This document shows positions 38,801 through 50,800 of a DNA stretch of 64,000 bases, piece after piece (positions within the stretch are counted from its first letter, which is position 1; each line of letters begins with the position of its first letter). The position numbers and the translations under genes are program-made. The stretch comes from Lingula anatina (lineage: Eukaryota > Animalia > Brachiopoda), in contig CM120641.1 in NCBI GenBank assembly GCA_051362555.1, positions 20,460,001 to 20,524,000 of the forward strand, written 5' to 3'. The notes beneath the pieces are model-generated. The model worked only from the letters and a program-made list of their open reading frames with translations, was not told the origin of the DNA and made no database searches.

Positions 38801-41800
38801 TGACTATTAATATAATCTATTTTCCACGAATCTCACGAATCGAGTTTGTGTTTGCAACACTGCCAACAACCTCAAATACATGGATTCGAAAAGTGTGTTT
38901 CATATAAAATAACTTGGTACCAATCACCAATTTGAATTTGCAACACAAAAGCTTTACCGTTTGCAACCCAAGTGATTCAATATTGATGCCTCAAGTGATT
39001 ATTATTATTTCAGTTATCACAGACATATTTTTTCGGCATACATGGATTTATGTCGCCCGGGACCGTTCATCTCCGTCAGCCGTACATGTTAATCGCATTT
39101 ACAGCGGGTGGGCTCACAGACCACCTTCATATGCAATAAACGCGCTTACAGTGTGCACTTGGTGAGGCAGTGATGTACTATCAATGTAAATCTGTATACT
39201 TCCTAGTACTGGTGTTCATTGTATCACAGCTTTTTCAATCATATTCGTTTTTATTTATTCATTTATTTAGTGTGCGTGTGAGTGTGTGTGTGCTGGAAAG
39301 CCTCACTCATATTGCGTTACATATAATATTTTTTGGATACTAAAAGAACTTTATTACAGCGATTTAAAATTAAAGGATAACTATGATTTTTTATGTATAA
39401 CTTTGAAAAATGATAAAATTCTCAAAGGAAACTATTGGCAGAAGCACCTACCAATCGAAATGATCGCAGAACCGAGAGGCCTTTCACTCCTGAAAGTCCC
39501 AACTCAACCAAACTGAGCACCACAATGATGATATCAAAGCAATTCCACGGGTCTTTCAAATAAACCGGGATATTCAGGGCAATGATCTTCAAAAAGGCCT
39601 CTAGCGCGAAGATGGCCGTGAAAACCTGGAAAAGAGCATTTGAAGGATACAGTACATAGACAAGATATTCGGCGCAGCGAGAAAATGCTTTGAGAGAGGA
39701 TGAATTCTCACATTGGTTCTGTGGGTTAATCCCACCAATTGAAGCCCTTTATGACAATTACACTTCTCTCAAACAATGTGACTCCATAGACAGGCAAAAA
39801 TTGAGAATACCTTGAGGTCCATGATACCAAAACGCTTGAAATGATGATGCGATAAAGAATAGGCACGAATTCATTAAATCTAAGAGAATTTGGGGTATGG
39901 AGGGGTATAATGACATTTAAGGTGCCTTCAAAACTGCTCCAAATTAGAACCATAAGTAAATAACTGATGGACCTGTACGACTTGGTTGCTTCAGAAGCAC
40001 TTTATACCTAAAGTCACACATACTTAATTTTCTTGAAAATTTAAACGTTTTTCCCTTTATCACCTTGGTATAGAGTATCTGACATAAATTAACATTTTTT
40101 TTTACTCATCTCTCTTCTCTAAGACCAGGAGCAATGGTGTGAGCGGTATGGTGAAAGTGGTTCAAAGACAGATATTTGTCACACTAAACTCACATAGTTC
40201 CCCACTTTCAATGTGAAGGTCATCTCTGGAGATTTGTCATGATGATCCATGGCCATGAACGCGGTGTTAACAAGAATACAAATGGTAATGAACAGTTCCA
40301 TGAAAGCGTCCGTAACAAACAAGTAAACGTAACGCTGCATTGTCAGCCAACATGGACAGCACGTCCAACTGCAAAAGATTTGGTTGAGTTTGTTCTTTAT
40401 CATTGTTTTCCTGTCCAGTTCTTCCTCGTAAAATGTCCCCGTTCTTGTTGTGAAAACAGCTGAAATATCACAAGTCGCATACGATTTAGTCGTGGTTAAC
40501 ACAAATGTAATGCAAGAAATAAAACGGGCGCCAAAACAGTGGCGCAAGGCGTAAATTACTTATGTAGAGCGTGGTATTTAGGAAATAAAGTAATGGCTTT
40601 TAAAAATTAGAATCGATGAGAACTACATCGAAATTTACTGATGTAATACGGAATGCAGGAAAGGATAACATGTTTTTTATTCTATTTATTTAAAAACTAC
40701 ACATTTACTTACATGCACTGCGCCTTGATGTTTGGTCAATGAGGTCTTTTAATACCATCACGTCTAAAAAAGAAGACAAAAAAGAGAGGTGTTACACTAG
40801 TATTCTGATTGCCATTATAACTTTTGGTTCAGACTCTGCTTAAGCGTTTTAATCTGAGTGTGAATATTCCACCATTAATGCTTGGGATTATTGTTGAACA
40901 AACACGCGCATCTTCTTTTCAGCGAGATAATGTATTATCTGTGTTCTGCACTCAAAGTAACGATAACAAAAATATTTTAAACGATGGAGTGAAAGTGCAG
41001 CTGTCCCTTGAATCTGAAATTGTAACTTTGAGGATGTTCTTACCTTTTAGATCTACTGTTGTTGGACTTGGTGTGCGCGATTTGGCAACGTCAATTGGTT
41101 TTAGGGCTCCATCATCCCTTTCGCTGGTTCCCTTAAAGAGTTATTTTAAATATCAAGTTTACACTTACATCAGTTACCAATTGAAGATTTTTGATTGACC
41201 TGGTATGTATCAAAATGGATTTAAAAAATCATCAAGCAGGACTCATATCCTAACAAAAACACAATGAAACATACTTCCATTAAAGATGATGGAATGTACT
41301 GTATTCACCATTTATATGAAATTAATACATGAATCTTAAAATAATGATAATAGTAATTTCATGATCTAACTTCGAACAGTAAAATTGTGAAACTTTTTCT
41401 ATTTAATATTGACTCCGCCAAGTTCAGTCTTGATCGTTTAAAATATTTCCAAAACTCAGAATTTGTCATTGTATCGTAATCTTAGCTATAACCTTTCTAC
41501 TGTTGAATGTCTAACTTAAACGGTAATGAGAGCTGTCGCCAGTTTGCAACTTGACCGATATCATTGATGTTTTGTTGTTAAATTTGTTGCCAAATGCTTC
41601 TTTATGTTAGTCTCTGAGGTGGTTCTTTGAGATACATACATTGATTTAGATTTGTTTAATGGTCTCTATTGGTGACAAATATAAGGAATCGATTTTCATT
41701 TACTTTAGTAGTAATAGTGGTGAACCCAGCATATTATAGGGTGTGTGGGCGGGTTCGAGGGGGGTGGTTAACATTGACATGCAGCATGCACGTTGCAATT

Positions 41801-44800
41801 CAGCACGAGTTCAGGTGTAGGCCGACCTAGGATTTCAATTAGCCAAGGGTGGGGTGGGCGGGGCCAGTTTTTTCTTCGTTTTCAAAAGCAGGTCCGTGCA
41901 TACATACTACACAGTGCAGACGTACATCATGAATCACCTCAGGCATAAGATGCTGCTGGCCTTTATACATCTTCTCGTCTGTTGGTTCGCCTTTCTCCCT
42001 TCTTGAGCGGTATCGTAGTGAGCGTCTGCTGCCGGCTCTGCTGTGGCGGGAACGGATCGAGGCTTTGCTATAGTGGGACACTCGACTACCGCGACGCGAT
42101 CCATGGTATGGTTTAATGCTGCCTTCGGGATGCAAATGCGCCATGGAGGCTTTTCTCTGACCATTAGGAATCATTGGAATATTGCATAGATCTTCGCTAG
42201 ATGGCGTAACAGCAGCAGAATCGTCTGCGAATGGCAAGTTCAAATTTTCCAAATTTTTTAGAACGAGGGGTTGGCGGTCGGCAGCATGAATATCTTCCGG
42301 TGGGATTTTCTTTTTCTTCCAACTGAACTGATTGGGCTTGCATCCTTTGCGAAAAATTGGGGAGCCGGGAAGACTTAGACTCGCCTGAAATAGAAAACGT
42401 TTGTTGTTCATTAGAGCACAATTTTAAGATTTGCATTTAGATATGAGGCGTATGTAACACGTAATGGCAGACAGGCCACATATACGGGAATGTGGCCAAC
42501 ACTATAAAGGGGCGTCTGTTCATAAGAAAGGAGCTTGTAAAAGCGAACTTTTATTGTGTTCGTACAGCAGGACCTAGATCAAATTTGGAAAGATTTTTTT
42601 AACATGTCAAATAATATTTGAAAATGTTCCATTGCCTATTTTGTCAATTTCGTTGTAAATCATATCAAAATATATGTTAAATGGTGTAAACACTACTACT
42701 GCGATTCTATTAAAACTGAATAAAATTGTTGACCTCGCGAGATCTCGACCAGCGGAGACTTTCCTGACTTATAACGCAGTTTTTGGGGTGTAAACTTTAC
42801 TTACTCTCTTAACACCAGGGTTTGGTACACTTAATCGGCGGAGTTTGTCATGCCCTATCATGATGTCTGATTTGATGCTCAGTCTTTCTGGTTTGTCCTT
42901 GTCGTCGAATAGATCTTGGTGGGCAATAGACAGGTCAGACGGAACTTTCTCGGACAATGACATCAAGGCCTCACGACGCTCTTTTTCCTCCTAAAGCGAG
43001 AAATATATAAAAGTTGTGTTGATGAATACTGTAGTTGATATTTTGACAGAGAATCGTGTCTTCTGTAAAAAAAGATATCGCCCTATTGTGTTCGATTTTT
43101 GTTGTGAGTTTCAGTGAATGGGAATCATCAAAGCTAGTCCAAACTCTCGCGTCTTAGGTGAAATTAAGCAAGATTTTAACGTAACTTGGATGATTGTGGG
43201 CTCAGAAATAGTGATAAATCAGCGAGAGAATAGAAGCTGACAAATTCATTCGTGGATTTTTTCTGGTTGTTTTATCTTACGTTCTGTAAAATTGCATAAC
43301 AATACGAATCCATCACTTTTGTCTTGCTTTCTAAGAAGACATTCCGGACACACAAAGGGTTTTAGCCTTATCGATGAACTCCCCCATCCACGCGGATTCT
43401 TGCACGTTTTCTACTCTCGTATGGCATAACGAAGTGTCAATTTAGCCTCGCTTTGGGCTACTGATCTCGGATGATTTCCATTCCCGTGAAGGCATTCGTG
43501 CTTGTACTACTAGTTCGGAAGAGGGCGAATAAGCAGTCTAGGAAAATATATCTAGTGCAGACATATACTTGTATTTTTCAGGTGGATGACTTCAAATTTT
43601 GGTCTTTTTCAATATAAAGATAAAAGTTAAAACTGATCACAATCTAATCTCTGTACTCTGCGTCGGAGGATTCTCTAAATTTCTTCAACAAAAGACTTCT
43701 AGGACAGGTGCTGTCAACACTTTGCAAGGCGGTCCATTTTGCTCTCAGTGATCGTACAGATAAATTAACGTGGAGTTTTATGGTAATTATAGTTTGTGTA
43801 TCTTCCATTTTTAAAGATAACAGTTGTGAACGTGAAATAATTTACCAACGCCCCCTTCCGTCTTACATCATAAAGCCAGTGACTGCCAGGAAAAATCGCT
43901 ATTTATTTAGTCAATAACTGTAGTAAATTGAAGCCTATGTCCCAGGATACAGAGATTCTGCGCATTTTATCAATTTCCCAGGATATTCTTCTCATTTATT
44001 ATGGCGGAAATACCGGGCTCAAGAGGAAAAAACTCTCACGCCTGAAAAAAAAATTACATACGAACCTCTTTTGCTTCTGCTTCATCTTCTGCGTCTGCCT
44101 TATCCCGCATCTGTTGTTCTTCATAGGCCATAGCAACAATGGCCAAGATTAAATTTGTCAGGTAAAAAGAACCAAACAGGATACAGAGCAGAAAAAACAC
44201 CATGTGGACCTCTCCATTTGCACGGATTGACTATAAAGAAAAGACGCATTCTGCTAAATTAATGAGATAAGTCAATGCAAATTTATATAAAAAATCAGCT
44301 CCATGAAATTATCAACAGTTTACTAGGCCAATGCATACAAATGCAAATATGATACCGGTGTAGAGATTATATATATCTCAAAAGAATTTTAGATGTACAT
44401 TACGAGTACTGTGATTAAAAAAACAAAACTGTAACTTAGGCCTACATGCTACGTTCGAAAGGTTCACACCTACAAAATGGTGTTGAACACGGTATGGTTG
44501 TATTCCAAACTACTTCTAGTTCATACATGTAACGCAAAATTCTGATAAATCCAAATGTTTCGATTTTTCATTTCAATCTTCATTTAGATAAAGAACCCGA
44601 CGTTTTAGCAGTTGCCTAAATCTGCGGACTAACATTGAAAAAGGCATCCGATTTACAATATTGAAGCAAAAGAGATGTAACATCTTCTCAAGATTTTTCG
44701 CCAATCAGAGATTGTCCTCTGTTCTTTCCGTATCACTATCTATATCTTATCCTTATCTGTCAGAAAGGGTAGCAAGATTTGCTTTTACAGCTCAGTTATG

Positions 44801-47800
44801 TGATCCACTATCCGACAGGTGTTTTAAAAAAAGTGAAACAAAAAGTTTCAGATCAAAAACAGATCTATTCAGATTCATATTTTACCAATTGATATAGATT
44901 CTCCCAATAATCCTGCGTCATGAGTCGGAAAGCACACAGCAACGCCCCAGGGAAATTATCAAAAGTAGTGTATCCGTAGTTTGGCGAAACCCCAAAATCT
45001 TTCATGCATGTGTAGTTTTTTCCATCTTGTTCTTCAAAATATGCACAGTTGCTGAAAAAAAAACAAACAAACGTCGGGACATTTTATTATTTCAGGTATG
45101 AAGAACGCCCATTCTTCGTTGTCTACACGACGAACGGACTTACACACGGCATACGTAATGACCAAAAACCCCTGAAAATTATGAAAGAATGTTATTGATA
45201 TGCTTAAAAGATTTAAAAACCATATTACAATTGTATTAGGCATATTAAGGGGGTGACATAAGTACTTCACCATTTGTACGGATAGTGCTCTTGATAACAT
45301 AGGATGGGATGGGTAGTGAAAGGAAACTGTTTTGTGGTTAATAAACGCTGGCCCGTGCAATCACTAGACGCAAACCCCACTGAAAACCGCGGGTTGAAAT
45401 TTAAAATAAAGTGGCATACCAGAAACACCCTAATCCAAAATGCCTTTAAAGCCTGGGTCAACACAAACCCTAAAAGATTAGTGCCACTTTACGGTCACGA
45501 GAATATCCAACAAAATAGTAATACTGACACGATAACTTAATTTACGTAAGGGTAGAGCACTAGTCTGTCAACTAGTAGTAAAGTAATTCACCTAACATGA
45601 CCAAATTTCAATAAAATGCAAAATGAAAACTCCAACAAATTCCACTGAAAATCATCTTAAAGCAACGTGGTGCAATACTTTTGTCATCCCTTTGTATAAA
45701 TTTCGCACCAATTTACAAAATATTACTGAATAAATGATTGTAGTTTTGTATGGTTTGAGGTACTATTGTATTTTACGCGTACCAAATTTCCGCACCTTTC
45801 TTAACAGAAATCAACATTTGAATTTCAAATCGTATTTTAATTAATTATTTATTTTCAAGTATCTAAAATGTCGCCCATACCCAACCGGTATATCCGTATT
45901 GTTTCGACAGACCACAAAGCCTGAACTTGGGTCCTGCGGATCATTCAAACGCCAGTTACCTGAAAATGAGAGCTATAAAATGTTTTCAGATGTTTAAAAC
46001 ATGACAACGAGACAGATGTTCGTAGTCCAATGACACATGTACTTAAAAGATCCCCCCCCCCCAGACAGGAAACTACTAGAACAGCCCAATATCAATTATT
46101 ACATTTATCTGTCCCTTTTAGTTCGATCGTGCTCGGCATAATATCATTAACGCCTTATCAAAAAAGATCAGTATATAAAACTTACTCTCGTTAATATGCC
46201 ATTCATACCACTCCGTGTCATTCATGTCATCTGGTCCACTCAATATGCATTTGTGGCGCAATTTCCCCATGTAGACTTGTAGTCCAACCAGGGCAAATAT
46301 CGTTAATACGAAGGTACTTAAAATAATCACATCACGCAGTCGCACTACTGCTTCTAATAAGGCACCCACGATTGTTTTAAGTCCTACAAAAACAAACCAT
46401 CTGATATATAAACTGACAGACATGAAGCTCATTCAATCATCACCTTGATTCAACATAAAACATAATCTTTTAATATAAATACGCTAAGAAAAAGTACATG
46501 TTTGTGTTAATATTGGCGTTATCTTTGAACGGGGGTATCTACTAATATTTTATTATTTTGTAAACTGTAGTGTGACCAGAACAAAAAAAGCTTTATTAAC
46601 AGAAAATGACAATACAAACTTACATTCATAACTTTAAATTAACCTAATCATCATTAAAAAATTTCTACAAATCGAACTTATCATTTGAACTTAAACAAAA
46701 TGTAAACTATTAAAGTAAAATTTTATATATGATTTCTTCCAACAATTCTATAAAAGCATGTCAGTAATAATGAATAGCAATGTAATACACGCTAGTATTT
46801 TTGTAACTAATATATAATCAATTGATATAAAATTAGAAAATTGAATTGTATAATAATCGCCAGAGTTACCAAAGAAAAGAGAAATTTAAAATCACAGAAG
46901 CCATTTAAAACACCGTCAAGAACTCCAACAAAGCCAAAGACGTGTTTCTAGCCTTATATCTTCCGTGCTTCTACTGCTTTTAACCCATTCTGACTGAACA
47001 ACATGTTAATCCAAAGAGAATTTTGTGAATGATTAGATGCAACAAAGCCCATACAAAATTAAGTAGATATAAGACTTCAAAACGCACAGAGTTTGAGAAG
47101 AGTTAAATCTGGTATTTTAAATAAAAGATCTCAAGGAGAATGAAGCATAAGTTGAAGCAATATAAAAATAGTGCATCTTAATGTTAACCAAACGGTCCTT
47201 AAACTTCAGGCCTTGGGCAACATTCTTGCACGACTAACTTTGCATAACCTTAATGTATACAACCTTGATAGTCATTGTTCTCTGCTGTTTTAACATCATT
47301 TTAACATTTTGAAAGTGAAATTTGAGTTTACTTTTCTGCTTCTTAGAATGTTGCCCCATGAATCTACGCAAAATTTACCGCCATCTTGTCTGACGCCCCA
47401 TGGGATGAAAAGGAGTCGTTATAATCACCTGGAACAACTGCGACTGTTTTTAGAGCTCTCAGAACTCTGAAGGAACGTAGTGCCCCTAGTCTACCTAAAG
47501 CACTTATAAACTCTGTAAGATACCTGAAATGCAAACATAGAGAGTGGTTTTTGCCTACAGGAAAATAGTTAAGCAGGTCGAGATCAGAGTCAAGCCGCTA
47601 TGAAATATGCGAGAAGAGACAGAATGGCAATATGAAGTTGTACCACCAAGGAAGACATTTTGATAAGTCACCTGGTACCACCGCAACAGTTTTTAGTGCC
47701 CTTAGCACTCTGAATGATCGTAGGGCCGCCACGTTACCTAGTTTGTCTTTCACTTCTGGCAGCAGCATCGCGTACCTGTAAGACAAGCATGTATAGATGT

Positions 47801-50800
47801 TCGATGTGAGACCTTTTCCCGTATTTTTTTCTTTAAAAAATCACAATGGTTAAACGGGAAGAGAACACTTAACTTTCATCTCGTAAGACTCGATTGTTCT
47901 TGGTCATCGTATGAAGATCTGCATATCATAGTGACATAACACGAGCATGAATACGCCTTACAAAGAGGAGGACATTCGAGATAACAACACCGAATATCTT
48001 GTCACTTTGAAAGCAATTAAGCGGTAAAAGTGGCTCTGAATAAATAAAATCAGTATACGCTTAAACCAGAGGTTGTTTCTCCACTTTGATTTATATCTAA
48101 AACGACTTTACTTCAAAATGTCCTTCGTAAAAGATGGGCGGTTACCATCAAATATTTTTTCAAAGCATGCATGGTGGATAAGGTGTCGGCAGATGAAATA
48201 CATTATTTTAAAGTTTAAAGGTAGAATAGTTATACATCAAAATTACAAAGGTACAATTTTGTCATATCATGTTTCATTGGATCATCTCTAACGAATTAAA
48301 ACTGAATGGAATTTTACAAAATTATTTTGACATTTTATGATCGTACTAAGTAAGAATATTAATACATTCACTGTTCATGCATAAAAAATACAGTTTGGAA
48401 GAGAAATGCATTCTTTCAGACACTGTTAAAATGCTTAGAATGTTAGTGACAGTCGGGCGACACCGATAAAATACAATTTGAAGACAATATGTATATATAT
48501 ATATATAAATATTTATATCTTGTTACAATAGAAGCAATCTCATTACAGAATATTGAAGTATAAATATATGCTAAAAATAGACACAAGATAGCAAGACTTG
48601 GACCATGTTTGGAAGGTAAAGCTTATAGAAAAGGCAAAGTGGAGCGCCTAGAGTGCAAAGCAACACTTGAGGGAACGTTAACGGCTTATGACGTGAAAGG
48701 TTCACCCTACCGATCATATAAACATCAACAGCGGACGTAGGAAGACGAAAAACTGGCCTGGATTGTTCCAAGTATTATGCTTTCTTCTTTTCTTAAGATT
48801 CTTGCTTTCTAGAATCAAGAAATTTGGCAGTTCTTGTTTGTATCGGGTTCATGCTCGTTTGAATTTAATTTTGTGTGATAATTCCGGGCAGTAAAACGAA
48901 TTAAATCGATGATATTGGATCTCTGATTGCAAATTCTATGAAAGTGTATGCGACGAACCAAGAAATTGTCTCATCGAACATCAAATGCATGTCTAGAAGT
49001 ACGTGTGCTGTTTAATGAATGTGTTACCAATACAATCCAGGCTCGGTACTTTAATACTGACACCCATGCGACATCTAACTTTAAAAGCAATAGCTGATTG
49101 CACAATGTATATAGTTATAAGAGAAACATGCAAGTACAAGTAAGTTACTCAGAATAGTAAAAAATGTAGTCAATATAGAAATATTAAGTTTTCAAACAAC
49201 AATCTACAAGTTTAATAATAGGATTTGTGGCCAATGCCACAAAAAAGTGACTATTGTTTTTTCAAAAATAAAGTCATAAAAGTGACTTCATAGATATGTA
49301 TACATTACAGAGAAAGATAATAGAGGACCAGAACGTCAAGTCTTCTGAAGATTAACATAAAATTACTCACGCTAGCGACACGACCATGAAATCTAACCAA
49401 TTCCAGGCGTCGCGTAAATACGTAAAAGGTTCCAGTATAAATCCCCTGCTAATAAGCTTCACTATAGCCTCCATTGTGTATATGGCCGTGAAAACGTATC
49501 TGAAGAACAAAAAAAAAAGGTGAAAAAAATACTCGTGCTTACATACACTCAATGGCGATAACACGCACACACACGGCATTGAATTTCGATGTCATACACA
49601 CATTTACCTACAATGCCACACCTTTAACTTTTTGCACAGAGGAACCCACGCAGCCTGAGATTTTGGATTTCTTTTTTTTACGTTATTGCCACAAACAAGC
49701 CGTTTCCAAGGAATCACAAATGTAATTTTACCTACCCAAGAAAATACTTACTCTGAGTTCTGGGGAGTCTCTGTCATTGCCATAAACACGCAGTTCACTA
49801 AAATGGTGATGATGACAATAAGGTTGAAAGCTGTGTCATAGTTAAGGAATTTAATGACAAAATTTAAAATATCATCAAGGGAAAGTGCGTTGACACCAAG
49901 CAATTATCATATCCCCTCATTATGATAAATGTAAGCTTCAACACTAGCTCTCTCTCTGCTGTATAAACCGACGCCCGGGATTTTGTACAAGCAATGGGCT
50001 TCAGTAAAATTTGTAGAATTTCGCCATTTTCCCCTTAATCATCAAGATCTGTCATATCCAAACCCGTTTACAGAATCTCAATTCATCAACATTTTTTGGA
50101 GTTCTAGCTTTCTAGCTTTTTGAGTCATCATCGTAATGTAGATAGATATGAGTGAATTTCTCTCGTGACGTTTAAAAGGTTTGCCACATAAAGTCTAATG
50201 CATATCATATGCTTTTAAACTGTTAACCGTGCAATATATACATAGAATGTAACTTCACAACTGCTTCAATTACTGTAACATTAAACCACAATCACAACTG
50301 CGAAGAACATTGCGTCGCAACCACTAGAAGGACGCACTCGCAAACTAGCAAAAATTTCGTCTCTTTCATATCAAAATATCCAAATATCTAAATCTGGGTT
50401 ATTGTATTCATCGTTTAAGTCTGACATCACTTCATATAGCTTTACACCTCAAACAGCGGTGACAGAATGAACTGCTGGTTCACTTTAATCTATGTAATCT
50501 ACGAGTCCTAGAAAGCATGTCTTCACACTTTTCACAAAACGGGTCGTTCACAAGTCCCTGGTTCCGTTTTCTCTTTAATCAAATGTAACAAGTTCCATGC
50601 ATAGCAAACATGGTGCATATTAATCCGGTAAATGGTATTTCCGTATCTGACGCACCACTCAATGGTGGCCCATAGGTTAGGAAGGAGAATTCGTGTATGT
50701 CTTCAAGCTACTTCGGCAATCGATATATCCTTCATACAGTAATTATACAGTGTATATACAGAGAGACTGCGTCAAATACAATCGGGGAATTAGAAGGTCT

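Noticed and set aside
40860-40950. Possible extra I-II linker exon
   Set aside because: The candidate acceptors lead to in-frame stops, and the flanking exons already join in frame without it.
30656-47775. Duplicated exons as pseudo-exons or assembly duplication
   Set aside because: All four have intact splice sites and frames, conserved S4 peptides with many synonymous changes, and unrelated flanking introns.
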